64,000 bases of DNA from Phycisphaeraceae bacterium (lineage in GTDB: Bacteria; Planctomycetota; Phycisphaerae; Phycisphaerales; Phycisphaeraceae), in contig OY771506.1 of the NCBI GenBank assembly GCA_963674705.1, positions 1,280,001-1,344,000 on the forward strand. The letters are read 5' to 3'. A program made the position numbers and the translations under genes. Positions 9,393 through 19,389 of the stretch are shown here, piece after piece (position 1 is the first letter of the stretch; each line of letters starts with the position of its first letter). Under the pieces are notes generated by a model. That model made no database searches. It had not been told where the DNA came from and saw nothing but the letters and a program-made list of their open reading frames with translations.

Positions 9393-10040
9393 ATGAAGTT
9401 ATTAGTAGCTACCTCCAACCCGCATAAGCTTGAAGAGATCCGGGCGATTGTGACGGATGAATCGATTGAGTTGCTCTCGCTGGCGGATTTGCCGGAGGTA
9501 ATTGACGAGCCGGTCGAGGATGGGGATACGTTTGAAGCGAACGCGGAGCTGAAGGCCCGTTATTACGCGAAGGCGGCGGGGATGTTGTGTCTTGCGGACG
9601 ACAGCGGGCTTGAGGTCGATGCGCTTGATGGCGAACCGGGCGTGCGCAGCGCGCGCTACAGCAATACCGACGGCCCACGCGCCGAACGCGACCGCGCGAA
9701 CGGGCGGTTCCTGTTGAAAAACCTTGAAGGCGTGCCTGTTGAGAAACGTGATGCACGTTTTGTCTGCGCGATGGCGTTAGTCGATGGGCGAGATGGGAAA
9801 GATGAAACAATCGCGGTGGTGCGAGGCACGCTGGAAGGTCGCATCCTTATGCCCGAAGAAGCCGACGATCCATCGCAACCCGAGCGCGGGCGCGGCAGCA
9901 ATGGGTTTGGATATGATCCGATTGTTTACTTGCCGGATAGAAACTTGACTGTCGCTCAACTCAGCAGCGAAGAGAAGAACGCGATCAGCCATCGGGGGAA
10001 CGCGGTGGAGCAGATTTGGCCGATGATCCAGACGTTGTGA
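9393..10040 (+). CDS. rdgB: Non-canonical purine NTP pyrophosphatase (Ham1/RdgB)
   Basis: Motifs ATSNPHKLEE, TFEANAELKA, ADDSGLEVDALDGEPGVRSARY, GFGYDP and KNAISHRG. Confidence 0.93.
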   Translation: MKLLVATSNPHKLEEIRAIVTDESIELLSLADLPEVIDEPVEDGDTFEANAELKARYYAKAAGMLCLADDSGLEVDALDGEPGVRSARYSNTDGPRAERDRANGRFLLKNLEGVPVEKRDARFVCAMALVDGRDGKDETIAVVRGTLEGRILMPEEADDPSQPERGRGSNGFGYDPIVYLPDRNLTVAQLSSEEKNAISHRGNAVEQIWPMIQTL

Positions 10041-10068
10041 TGTATTTATATAGAAGGGGTGCCGGGGT

Positions 10069-10599
10069 ATGTCTGTAAATAAAGATCTCATCAGGACGTT
10101 CATGCAGGCCGCGGTCAATGATCACGGCAAGGCTCGAGGTTTACTTAAGAAGCACCCGCAATTGCGAGAGTGCGAGGTTGTCGCGGGGGAGAATCTGTTG
10201 CACTACCTGGCAATCGAATCCTATGCTGAGGCGGTCGATTTTCTCGCTGAAGAGGGATTTGCCTTCGATAAACCGGATGAGTTTGGTAACACCCCCCTGC
10301 TTCATGCGGCTGTTGTTGGCTCGTACGAGGTTGCAGATGTGTTGTTGCGGCGAGGGGCCGATCCCAATACCGAGTCCCTGACAATGGGTACTGTCTTGTT
10401 CTGTGCGATCAGGTCCGCCAATCCCAAGCTGGTCAAACTGCTTCTTGATCACGGTGCAAAACCTGATTTCGTCGACGACATGGGCGACTCTGCCCTTGAT
10501 GTCGTACAGCAGGAAGTCACGCTCAAGCGTAAGCCGCACGTGGGCGCTGAGATCGGGCGAATGTTGAAAGAAGCGATGGCAAAGCAGTCAGGCGATTGA
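10069..10599 (+). CDS. Ankyrin repeat protein
   Basis: Repeats GENLLHYLA, GNTPLLHAA...LLRRGADPN and VKLLLDHGAKPD...GDSALD. Confidence 0.88.
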   Translation: MSVNKDLIRTFMQAAVNDHGKARGLLKKHPQLRECEVVAGENLLHYLAIESYAEAVDFLAEEGFAFDKPDEFGNTPLLHAAVVGSYEVADVLLRRGADPNTESLTMGTVLFCAIRSANPKLVKLLLDHGAKPDFVDDMGDSALDVVQQEVTLKRKPHVGAEIGRMLKEAMAKQSGD

Positions 10600-10611
10600 T
10601 GTGCTATTAGG

Positions 10612-10698
10612 CAACTCGGCAGTGACCAGAAGAACGCGATCAGCCATCGGGGGAATGCTGTGAAGAAGGTGTGGCCTGCTATTCAAGTCTTGGGATAA
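10612..10698 (+). pseudogene. Duplicated, diverged 3' end of rdgB
   Basis: Reads QLGSDQKNAISHRGNAVKKVWPAIQVLG* versus rdgB QLSSEEKNAISHRGNAVEQIWPMIQTL*. A 28-bp core is identical (10628-10655 = 9973-10000). Confidence 0.85.
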
Positions 10699-10719
10699 GC
10701 CTTATTCAAAGGCATCGCT

Positions 10720-11094
10720 ATGCGAAACTACCGGAAAGTCGGCAATTACCTGATCGCTTTATCAGCGGGCATCTGGTTCTGCTTGCTGGGTTGTTATCTG
10801 GTGATTCTGTTTATCAAGAAGACCGATATGGGGCGACAAGCATCAGAAACTGGAGAAGGTACGGGCTGGGCCCTGATATACGGTGCGAGTTATGGCTGCT
10901 TAGTGGCGGGTTTTATCAACACATTCGCGATCTTGCACGCTTTATATCGTTACCGAACCGTGCTCCGACAACGGCGGTATTCATCGGTCTGTGGGATATT
11001 TGCATTGGTGACCGCAGGCGTCTGGCTGGTGATTCTGTTGCCGATCTTGTGGAGAGTTTTTGCAGGTATGGTTATGTCCGAGGGAACGCCGTAA
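10720..11094 (+). CDS. Hypothetical membrane protein (about 3 TM)
   Basis: Three hydrophobic segments, lower GC. Confidence 0.6.
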   Translation: MRNYRKVGNYLIALSAGIWFCLLGCYLVILFIKKTDMGRQASETGEGTGWALIYGASYGCLVAGFINTFAILHALYRYRTVLRQRRYSSVCGIFALVTAGVWLVILLPILWRVFAGMVMSEGTP

Positions 11095-11213
11095 CGGATC
11101 TGAATGATAAAAGTAATTAAGCGCCAAATCCTTTTTTTCTCTCGACTTTTAACTGCTCTCATGAGAGAATCAATTCAGACTTACATCGTGTTTAGTTGAC
11201 GGGGCATAACATC

Positions 11214-11579
11214 ATGATTGAACTATCCAGCCAAAGTACTGTGGCCAGGTTTTTTGTTGTCTTGAGTGGTGTGGCAATAGCTGCAACCGCATTGCTTGCA
11301 GGAGGTTTGCTGTTGTTTGCCGAGCATGTAATGGCGGACTTTGATATTGATACCCCCCGTGCATTTCAGGCGGTTGCTTCGTGGGGATTAACGCCGCTTG
11401 TAAGCCTGTGGCTTGTCTATATGTTTTCCGTTGCGTTGTTTTTCGGCTATCGCGCGACAGAGAATCGTGCGTGGGCACTCATTATTATTTTTATGCTTGC
11501 TTTGCTCTATAACCTGTTCGTGGTTGTGATTGCATTGGATATGATTATGCCGCTGTGTTGTGGTGGTTCGATTATGTGA
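11214..11579 (+). CDS. Hypothetical membrane protein (about 3 TM)
   Basis: Hydrophobic segments, lower GC. Its stop abuts the stop of the convergent gene. Confidence 0.6.
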   Translation: MIELSSQSTVARFFVVLSGVAIAATALLAGGLLLFAEHVMADFDIDTPRAFQAVASWGLTPLVSLWLVYMFSVALFFGYRATENRAWALIIIFMLALLYNLFVVVIALDMIMPLCCGGSIM

Positions 11580-12524
11580 TCAAGCCAATAACTTACCAAG
11601 CTCGCTGCGATTTCTTGATACCTCTTGATAGATCTTCGCGACGGCTTCGCCCGTGAGGTGGTCGAAGTCTTCGCGTCTTGGGGTAATGAGCATGCCGAGC
11701 ATGTCGACGAGGCCGGGGCTGACTAACACGTTTGCGGGGGCGGGATCGTGCCCGAAGTTACTGGGGCGGTGGGAGACGCGTGGGAAGAAGACGACGCGCA
11801 TCAGGCCGTTGGCGTGTGTTGCCAAGGCGTTGAGCATCGGTTCGGGCTGGGCGGGGAAGTGTTCGTCGAGGTTGGCCAGCGTTTTGATCGCCTGGTTCAA
11901 TACGTCGCCGCGGTCTTTGCCGCCGATGACAATGGCGGGCGGCTGGGGCTGCGCGGTCAGGCCCAGCGCGATGTTCTCGATCTGGAGCGTACGGTCATAA
12001 AGCGCGGGGTCGCCGGAGAGCAGCGCTTCCTCGAACGGGGTTGCGCCGAGCGGGCTTGCTTGTAAGTGCAAATGGTCGGGGGCGCTTGCGCCGCACTTCG
12101 GGCCGTTATAAAAAATAGTGAACTCGCCGCTTAATGTTTCGGCCAGTTCGAGCATCTTCGGCAGGCAAGCATGGATCGATTGCGGCTGATGTTCGAGCGT
12201 GGGCACGGTGAAGTGCGGATCGAAGATCGGCATGGGGTTGCAGAGGAAGACGTAGCCGTCGCCCGCATCGATGCCGCGCTGTTCAGCAGGTCGATTCTTT
12301 TCACATAGGAAGCACGGGCGGGCCGCGATGGATTTGGCATCGACTTTCGCCGAGGCACTTGCGACACGGCCGGGATTGAACTGCAGCCGACAATGCAGCC
12401 CATCGTATGCAACCTCACGCACTTCGGATTCGGCGAGGAATCCGAGGCCGCGCTGCATCATCGGCCATTCGTTTTTCTGCTCGTCCCAGAGCGTGCGCAA
12501 CTGATCCGCGAGATTACTTGCCAC
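11580..12524 (-). CDS. DUF4922 family protein (GalT/HIT-like nucleotidyltransferase or phosphorylase)
   Basis: Motifs QFNPGRVAS.SAKVD, RPCFLC, NP.PI..PHFT and FYNGPKCGASAPDHLHLQA (HxHxQ). Confidence 0.85.
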   Translation of the reverse strand: MASNLADQLRTLWDEQKNEWPMMQRGLGFLAESEVREVAYDGLHCRLQFNPGRVASASAKVDAKSIAARPCFLCEKNRPAEQRGIDAGDGYVFLCNPMPIFDPHFTVPTLEHQPQSIHACLPKMLELAETLSGEFTIFYNGPKCGASAPDHLHLQASPLGATPFEEALLSGDPALYDRTLQIENIALGLTAQPQPPAIVIGGKDRGDVLNQAIKTLANLDEHFPAQPEPMLNALATHANGLMRVVFFPRVSHRPSNFGHDPAPANVLVSPGLVDMLGMLITPRREDFDHLTGEAVAKIYQEVSRNRSELGKLLA

Positions 12525-13992
12525 AGCTACAACTCGCTTTCGCGTTCATCTTGATGCGGGCCATCAGTTCGAGCGTACGCAGCCGATCTTTGTAAAGATC
12601 GTGGTTGTTCTTCACTTCCAGCGGCAGGTCGGCATCGGTGTTGTCGTCCCAGCGTCGGCATAAGTAGAGCGGGTCGTAGATGCGGCCGATCTCGTGGCGG
12701 CGGGAGATGGTCATCGCGATGCCGTAGTCTTCGCCGTAGGACGTATTGGGCAGCGGGTTTTCACGCATGACGGCGGTGCTGAACGCACGCGGCGCGCCGA
12801 TGCCGTTGACGCGCATCAGGTTGTTACGGCCGTTGTCGCGGGTCCATTCCTTGTGATCAATCAGGCCGGGCGGGATTTCATCAAGATCGAAGTTCACCAT
12901 TTTGTACGCGCCGACGACCATCGCATACGGGCCGGCTTCCAACTGCCCTACCATCTTCGCGACGGTGTTTTCGTCGATGTAGATGTCATCTGAGTCGAGT
13001 TGCACGGCCCATTTGCCGCAGTGTTCGCTCTGAAGCGCGTAGTTCCAGCAGCCGCCGATGCCGAGGTCCTTCGGCTCGGGGATCAGGTGGACGAGGTTGT
13101 CGTATTCCTTGGTCGCCTTGGCGAGCATGTCGGTCGTGCCGTCGGTCGAGTGGTTGTCGACAACGATGACGTTGAACTTGAAGTCGGCCTTCTGCGTGCA
13201 GGCGCTCTTGACGGCGTCGGCGACGGTCTTGATGCGGTTGCGCACGGGGATGATAACGCTGGCGGTCAGGGGGAAGTCGCCATCGACCTTCGGCAATTCA
13301 AACTGCGGAGCGAGGTAAGCGCCGATGCGCTTAAGGTGTTCGGTTTCGATCGCTTCGCTTTCGAGCTGCGCGGCGCGGTTTTTCGGATCGACATAGTCGA
13401 ACATCTTCTTGCCGGTCGGTCGCAGGTCGGGGTTCGGCCGGGTGTAGAGGTTTTCCTGTAAGCGGATGGGCATGCCGACTTGCGTGATGCGAAGGCGCAG
13501 GTCGTAGAACGCGCCGGCTTCTGAATCCATCAGCTCGCCGGATAGCTCCGTAGCTTTCTTGATCGCACCGACGTTCCATGCGGTCACCGGGCCGAACTCG
13601 AACTCGTCGCGCATGCTGCCGAGTTGGTAGTCGATGGTCGCGCAGGCCTTGGGGCCGTCGGCAGTGTCCTGAAGGTAGTGGCAGTACATCATTGCTGCGC
13701 CGCTGGAGCAGGTCGCCTTGGCGAGGCGTTCGAGCGATGCGCCGGACATGGTGACTTCATCGCGCACGCAGACCATGACGCCGGGCTCGAGTGAGGCGAG
13801 CACACCGCGCCAGGCAGCGCCTGAGAGCGACTTATCGGTGACGACTTGTTCGACGGGTTTGGCTGTTTGACCGAGCTTCTGTTCCGGGCCGACGAGCACG
13901 ACCCGCCCCACCGGCGTGTTGACCCAGCCATCGAGTAACTTCGTCAGCCATCCGTCGGTCAGGCCGGTGTGCGGGATAAGAACGGTGATCAC
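12514..13992 (-). CDS. Glycosyltransferase family 2 (tandem GT-A-like domains)
   Basis: Motifs SVIIPVRNR, VDNHSTDGT, GIGGCWN, QLDSDD and YGEDY. Overlaps the DUF4922 start. Confidence 0.9.
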   Translation of the reverse strand: MITVLIPHTGLTDGWLTKLLDGWVNTPVGRVVLVGPEQKLGQTAKPVEQVVTDKSLSGAAWRGVLASLEPGVMVCVRDEVTMSGASLERLAKATCSSGAAMMYCHYLQDTADGPKACATIDYQLGSMRDEFEFGPVTAWNVGAIKKATELSGELMDSEAGAFYDLRLRITQVGMPIRLQENLYTRPNPDLRPTGKKMFDYVDPKNRAAQLESEAIETEHLKRIGAYLAPQFELPKVDGDFPLTASVIIPVRNRIKTVADAVKSACTQKADFKFNVIVVDNHSTDGTTDMLAKATKEYDNLVHLIPEPKDLGIGGCWNYALQSEHCGKWAVQLDSDDIYIDENTVAKMVGQLEAGPYAMVVGAYKMVNFDLDEIPPGLIDHKEWTRDNGRNNLMRVNGIGAPRAFSTAVMRENPLPNTSYGEDYGIAMTISRRHEIGRIYDPLYLCRRWDDNTDADLPLEVKNNHDLYKDRLRTLELMARIKMNAKASCSCGK

Positions 13993-14155
13993 AAGTCGGC
14001 TCCAGTTAATGGTTTGTGGGCTCTTGCCGTGATTGTCGGCGCATGCTGATTCACGGCACAGACCAATATTATAGAATTATCCGCCACATCCGTATACCGC
14101 AAGCATACGCCCGTTAAGCTGCGCAAATAGCGCCTCCCCCACTGCTGGATCTTAC

Positions 14156-15913
14156 CTATTCGGCGTCGGTCTTGAAGTCGATGTTGTTGCGCTGAAGCAG
14201 GGTGCCCGTGGACTGGTACAACGTTGCGATCGCGTTGTGATAGTCGGCCAGGGCTTGTGCTTCCTGCACTTCAGCGTCGGCCAAGCGCTCCTGCGTCGAC
14301 AGCTTCTGGTTGATCAGGAACTGCGGCGTCAGCGCGACGCCGGACGCTTCCTGCACCTCGATCGCACGCAGGCTGTCGGCGGCGGCACGACGGGCGGCGC
14401 GGGTCGCGCCGATCAGCTCGTACGATGTCTGCACGTTCCGCAGCGCGTTCTTCACTTCCTGCACGACCTGCTGCGCCTGACGTTGATACGCCAGTGCCAG
14501 CGATTTACTTTCCAGTTGACGCCTGCGGTAGAGCGCTTCGGCGGCGCGGTTGCCGATCGGCATCTCGAACTGCGCGCCCAGCAGGTAATCGATGTAGTCA
14601 AGATCATCCACGACGCTATAGGCGCCTGAAGCGTCGTCGGTCGACATGCCGTTGAACTGCGCGGCGGCAGCGACGTTCAAAAGCGGCAGGCGGGCATTGT
14701 CGGCTACGCGCTGACGCACGGACGCGTCTTTGATGTCTAACAGTGCGATCTTCATCTCCGGCCGTTCCCGTAACGCCTGGGTGACCAGGTCCAGCAGGCT
14801 GAAGGTGATTGGCGCATCGGCCGGGGCGTCTGACGGGATGATGAGCGTTTCTTCTGCGACCGGCAGATCGGGTGAATTCAGCAGTTGTTTAAGCTGATCG
14901 GAAGCGGTACGTACCGCCGAGCGGGCCCGGATCACGTCCGCACGATGCAGCTCAACGAAGCTGTTTGCTTCGGTGATTTCGACGGGGCTGGCATCGTATG
15001 CGCGGCGTTCGATCAGCCGGTCACGGTCGTTGGTCGAGCGCTCCAGCAGGCGAACACGCACACGCAACTGCTGCATCGCGAAGAAGACGTTCCAATAGCC
15101 TGATTCCACATCGGCTACAACCTGAAGCAGTTGGCGCTTAAGCTGCTGGGTTTCTGCCAGACGCTCGTTTTGTGCCAGCACGATGTTCGAGCGGTTGATG
15201 TCGGACCCGAAGTTGCGCAGCAACGGCTGTTCGAGCCTGACAAGCACATCCGCGTCGTAGTACTTCTTGACGTTATAGACGGTGGGGTCGGAGTAGTTAC
15301 GGTTCAGGTCGGTTTGCACTGTGATCTGGCCGCCGGAGATCATCGGCTTGCGGATGCCGGTGCTCAGTTCGATCGTTTCGCTTTGCGTGTCGCCGGACAA
15401 TGAAGAGAAGCTGCCGAGCGGCTGGGGCGTGTCGAGGTTGCTGTAATTAAGGTTGGTGAAGAACGTCGCATCGAAGACGGCCTCGGCCTGCTGGATTCGT
15501 GCCTGGCTGATCGCGGGGCTCATCTGCGCGATCTGGATGTCGAGGTTGTTCTTCACGGCGATCGCGACCGCTTCCTGAAGCGAGAGGCGGACCACGGATA
15601 CCCGGTCGTTGCCGAGCAGGTCCTGCCCGGGTTTCAGTTCCAGACCCTGGTACGCGCGCAAGCCGCTCATCTGATCCAGCTCTTCGCGGCGCTCGTTGCT
15701 GAGTTCGGACTCCACATCGCTGGGTTCACGGCTCAGTTCGATCGACTGGGCTTCGGAGATCGACGCCAAATGGGCCCGGTGGGCGTTGATCATCGACTCG
15801 CGCAGCGCCTGCTCGGGCGTACGCTCCATCGGCCCCGCGCAGCCCGCCACCACGGCCGCCAACAACGCGCCCAAACTGGCGCAACCGGTCAATAAAGGCA
15901 TTTTTCGCTTCAT
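14156..15913 (-). CDS. TolC family outer-membrane efflux lipoprotein
   Basis: Lipobox VAGC after MKRKMP. Motifs LSLQEAVAIAVKNNLDI, QPLLRNFG, ALRERPEM and VVQEVKNALR. Confidence 0.88.
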   Translation of the reverse strand: MKRKMPLLTGCASLGALLAAVVAGCAGPMERTPEQALRESMINAHRAHLASISEAQSIELSREPSDVESELSNERREELDQMSGLRAYQGLELKPGQDLLGNDRVSVVRLSLQEAVAIAVKNNLDIQIAQMSPAISQARIQQAEAVFDATFFTNLNYSNLDTPQPLGSFSSLSGDTQSETIELSTGIRKPMISGGQITVQTDLNRNYSDPTVYNVKKYYDADVLVRLEQPLLRNFGSDINRSNIVLAQNERLAETQQLKRQLLQVVADVESGYWNVFFAMQQLRVRVRLLERSTNDRDRLIERRAYDASPVEITEANSFVELHRADVIRARSAVRTASDQLKQLLNSPDLPVAEETLIIPSDAPADAPITFSLLDLVTQALRERPEMKIALLDIKDASVRQRVADNARLPLLNVAAAAQFNGMSTDDASGAYSVVDDLDYIDYLLGAQFEMPIGNRAAEALYRRRQLESKSLALAYQRQAQQVVQEVKNALRNVQTSYELIGATRAARRAAADSLRAIEVQEASGVALTPQFLINQKLSTQERLADAEVQEAQALADYHNAIATLYQSTGTLLQRNNIDFKTDAE

Positions 15914-16243
15914 AAGAGTCGGATCATACGCCCCAGAGGGTGAAGATGCCAATTCGGGCGTACATTGTACGAAGTCCCTGTGCATTGTCTTGTCATGATT
16001 GGGAGGGGTTGGGTCAGGGGTGGTGGCATAATGAAGGGACGGGACCGCGTGTAAAGGCCTCTGGTGCTGGGTGTTATTTGGTGGTTTTGAGCGTACTGAA
16101 CCAAGATGTATCAAGCGCTGCTTTGCCACCCCGACTGATGTCATCCCCGCATCCGTCTGGCTCGCTGCCACGCCATCCAACAACGTCGTGCATGCTGCCC
16201 CCTGCGCGGGAATGACGGCCATCAATAATGAATGCAAATAGTT

Positions 16244-17311
16244 CTATTTCTCGGATGGCTTTTCGGCATCGATCTGGGCCTGGCGTCGGTCCAGCAGTTT
16301 GCGGGCCAACAGTTGCATGTCTTCGACGGTGTCGGTTTCGTCCATGATCTCAACGCCCAGCAGGGTTTCCAGCACATCCTCGAGGCTGACCAGGCCCGCC
16401 GAGCCGCCGAACTCATCCACGACCAGGAACAACTGTTCACGTCGTTGGATAAACGTTTTGAGCACGTTGGATAGCCGGGCCGTCTCGGGCACGGCATGCA
16501 GCGGTTTGGCGAGCTGCTTCAGAGTCGTCTTGCCCCGCCCTTCGCCCAACGCTTTGTAAAGCGCGTGGCGGTGGATCTGACCCTTGACCTCATCCAGTGA
16601 GTCGCCGACCACGGGGATCCGCGCGAACGGCGGCGGCGCGCCTTGCGTGACATCGGCGACGGTTTGATCGGCGGGCAGGGTGTAGACCACCGTGCGCGGC
16701 GTCATCACCTGCTCGACCGTGGTATCGCGCAGCGCCAGCAGGTTGCGGATCACCCTCGCCTCATCTTTGTCGAGCGTTCCGTCCGACTGCGCGAGCGTCG
16801 CCAGGCCGCTGATCTCAAGCCGGCTGATCCTCGGCTGGTCCTTGCCGCGCCGAGACAGCATGCGAGAAATCAGTTCACAGCCCGCGACGGCCGGGCGCAA
16901 CACGATGATCATCACGTGAATGATCCACGCCGCTGTCGGGGCCAACGACTTGGCGTGTACCGCGCCCAGTGTCTTGGGGATGATTTCGGAGATCACGAGG
17001 ATCAACAGCGTGACCACGAAGCCGACCACGCCCACCCACGCATCGCCCCAGAGCAGCGCCGCTTCCGCGCCGACGCCCGCGGCGCCAAGTGTGTGCGCGA
17101 ACGTATTCAATGTCAGGATCGCCGCGAGGGGACGATCCACATCGTCTTTCATCCGTCGCAGCCGTTCGCCCGCCGGCCTGCCCTGCTCGATCAGCGACGC
17201 GATGTGCGATTGCGGTACGCTCAGCAGTACCGCTTCCAGCATCGAACACAGGAATGATATTGCCAGCGCCATAAACAGGTACGCCAGCAGCAGGATCATC
17301 ATCGGTATCAA
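16244..17311 (-). CDS. CNNM/DUF21 plus CBS domain (hemolysin-like, CorC family) membrane protein
   Basis: Motifs SFLCSMLEAVLLS, AILTLNT, SEIIPKTLG, VMTPRT and VVDEFGG..GLVSLEDVLE. Confidence 0.9.
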   Translation of the reverse strand: MIPMMILLLAYLFMALAISFLCSMLEAVLLSVPQSHIASLIEQGRPAGERLRRMKDDVDRPLAAILTLNTFAHTLGAAGVGAEAALLWGDAWVGVVGFVVTLLILVISEIIPKTLGAVHAKSLAPTAAWIIHVMIIVLRPAVAGCELISRMLSRRGKDQPRISRLEISGLATLAQSDGTLDKDEARVIRNLLALRDTTVEQVMTPRTVVYTLPADQTVADVTQGAPPPFARIPVVGDSLDEVKGQIHRHALYKALGEGRGKTTLKQLAKPLHAVPETARLSNVLKTFIQRREQLFLVVDEFGGSAGLVSLEDVLETLLGVEIMDETDTVEDMQLLARKLLDRRQAQIDAEKPSEK

Positions 17312-17440
17312 CTCCCTGTGAAGTTATCCGCCCCTATTGTAGCGAGCATACACGTCGGATCGCGGGTGTTTGAGTTACGGGGTGCGTTGGAAGCGATGTG
17401 TTTCCATCTCTCAACAGTTTAGGAGTGTGCATGATTACCG

Positions 17441-17645
17441 CCCAGAGGGCGGCGAAATGTAGCCACGGGTGTAGCGCAGCGCAACCCGTGGTCATCAAGT
17501 AAGTTTAGTTCCCTTCACCCCGCCCCGGCAGGGGCGGTGGTAACAATGCCTTCACCCCTCCCGGGGCGAATTAAAACAGACCGCAAGTTTCCCACGGGTT
17601 GCGCTGCGCAACACCCGTGGCTACATGCCCTAACCCCTTCGGGGT
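17441..17645. repeat. REP/MITE-like element with 35-bp terminal inverted repeats (family D)
   Basis: atgtagccacgggtgtagcgcagcgcaacccgtgg (17457-17491) is inverted at 17592-17626. Internal cccc-gggg hairpins. Lies in the intergenic gap between two genes. Confidence 0.85.
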
Positions 17646-17728
17646 ATGCGCTTTGCCCACTGGCCGTGATCAATGCAAGAATATCACTCTCATCTGATAT
17701 TCAATTGGCCAATGCGTTACGCGTTGAT

Positions 17729-18652
17729 TCAACCTTTGCCTGTCAGTGTAAACCGCACCGACTCCAGGGCGCTGCCGTGCAGGGCGGCGTAGGGGCTTTG
17801 CATGTGGGCGGGCCTGTTTTTCCTATCTGCGGCGATGATACGGGTGGGCATGTAAACCGGGAGCGGATCGATCGCGAAGGGGTAGGGATCGAGTTGAACG
17901 GTCCGGGCGTCGATGCGCTTCCAGTGGATCGTTTCGCGGTCTTGCCAGCTTTTGCCCGGCACGTCCGGCAGGTCGTGGGTTTCCAGGTTGTTCATGCACA
18001 AGTGCAGCGACATCGTGTCCAGCAGTTGCAGCAATCGCAGGTTTGCCAGCGCGTGCTTTGGCGCGGTTGATCCGGTCCACTGCTTGTCTGCTTCGATCTG
18101 TTGCGTCAGTTTACGTTGAACTTCTAGTTGTTCATCCAGGAATGCACGCGTTTTGGCGCGGTCGCCGATGATGTCGGGTGAATCTTCCAGGCCGGTGAAT
18201 ACGAAGTGGCGCATCACGTGGTCCATCTGTTCGCGCAGATCATCAAAGCCTACAGCGTAAAGCCAGTACGCATGCAGGCTGACTAATAGTGCCGCGTAAG
18301 GGTAAGGCCCGGCCAGGCGGTCGATGCCGACGGTCCAGCGTTCGAAGCCGCCGGTCCGCCATTCATCCAGACCGTTGTCGGGGACGGCCTGGGTCTGTTC
18401 GCCAAGCCCGACCGGCAGGCCGTCGGCAGCGCTGATCTTGGGGATCATCTCGGTTTCCCACCAGCCGCTGTCGTGCTCGGCGATCGCGAGGATGACGGTT
18501 TCGCGCCACAACGCAGGATTCGTCGCACCTGGGTACGTGCCGGGCTGCGCGAACCGGTCGTTACCCCAGTGGGCGGCGAGGTGCCCGCTAACCTGGGCGT
18601 GGTGGTGCTGCTGGACCATCCAGATATGGTCGTCGACGTGTGTTTTAAGCAT
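17729..18652 (-). CDS. DUF3891 family protein
   Basis: Motifs QHHHAQVSG.LAAHWGN, AIAEHDSGW, PYAALLVSLH, LQLLD.MSL.LC and LDPYPF. Confidence 0.85.
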   Translation of the reverse strand: MLKTHVDDHIWMVQQHHHAQVSGHLAAHWGNDRFAQPGTYPGATNPALWRETVILAIAEHDSGWWETEMIPKISAADGLPVGLGEQTQAVPDNGLDEWRTGGFERWTVGIDRLAGPYPYAALLVSLHAYWLYAVGFDDLREQMDHVMRHFVFTGLEDSPDIIGDRAKTRAFLDEQLEVQRKLTQQIEADKQWTGSTAPKHALANLRLLQLLDTMSLHLCMNNLETHDLPDVPGKSWQDRETIHWKRIDARTVQLDPYPFAIDPLPVYMPTRIIAADRKNRPAHMQSPYAALHGSALESVRFTLTGKG

Positions 18653-18722
18653 GGCGGTGTCTCCTTGCTGTTTTTTGTTGTGTCGGGTCCCGTCCCAGTG
18701 CTTGAAAAGCCTACCCGTCAAT

Positions 18723-18755
18723 TATCTTTATGTCAAGATACTTGATGTAAAGAAA
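18723..18755. promoter_or_regulatory. Tandem MarR (PecS/TamR/UrtR-type) operator palindromes
   Basis: tatctttatgtcaagata overlaps atacttgatgtaaagaaa in the divergent intergenic region directly upstream of the MarR gene. Confidence 0.7.
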
Positions 18756-18776
18756 ATCGGGGCTATACTATTTTGT

Positions 18777-19284
18777 ATGCAAGACGCGATCGACCGTTTG
18801 ATTTGTCAATGGAAGCAGGAGACGCCCGATCTTGATCCCCGGCCGATGGGGCTTATCGGGCGGGTGCTGCGTTTATCGCTGTTACTGCAGGCGCGTGTCG
18901 AAGAAGTGCTCAAGCCGCTGGGCCTGAGCCTGTGGCAGTTTGATGTGCTGGTGACGCTGCGGCGCAACGGCAAGCCCTACCGCATGTCGCCGACGCAACT
19001 GATGCACGATGTCATGCTCTCTTCGGGAGCGATGACCAACCGCATCGATCGGCTGGAGAAGATGGGGCTGGTCAGGCGCCTGCCCGATCCGGACGACCGC
19101 CGGGGCGTGTTGATCGAGTTAACGAAGCAAGGCAAGTCGCTGGCCGAGAAGGCGGTGGCGGCGCGTTTTGATGAGGCAAAAAGAGGTAACCGATCTTTTT
19201 ACAGCCAAGGAGCGTAAGGCTGTTGAGGGTTCGCTACGAAAATTAATCCTCGAACTGGAACAAAACATCGAGCCTAAACATTAA
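18777..19284 (+). CDS. MarR family regulator, UrtR/TamR-like, with apparent +1 frameshift near 19180
   Basis: Motifs DAIDRLICQW...PDLD, FDVLVTLRR, SGAMTNRIDRLE and DRRGVLIELT. As written it stops at 19217. Removing one A from the A5 run gives EAKEVTDLFTAKERKAVEGSLRKLILELE..., the expected last helix. Confidence 0.85.
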
Positions 19285-19296
19285 TCTTGTATCAAT

Positions 19297-19335
19297 CCCC
19301 TCTCCCCATGGGAGAGGGTTAGGGTGAGGGCCGGA
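19297..19335. repeat. Repeat family E (CCCTCTCCC-N-GGGAGAGGG-N-GGGTGAGGGCCG)
   Basis: Further copies at about 39387 and 39471 (doublet), 52227, 53218, 54276, 56636 and 56757 (doublet), 62877 and 62957 (doublet). Confidence 0.9.
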
Positions 19336-19389
19336 TTGATTGTGCTTCAATCACACAATCAATCTTTAAAATTGAAAAGGAGCACGTAT

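Noticed and set aside
15914..16237. 108-aa N-terminal extension of the TolC protein
   Set aside because: The lipoprotein signal begins at MKRKMP (15913); the upstream part looks like intergenic read-through.
18324..18776. Long N-terminal extension of the MarR ORF
   Set aside because: It overlaps the opposite-strand DUF3891 gene and the operator; the MarR domain starts at 18777.
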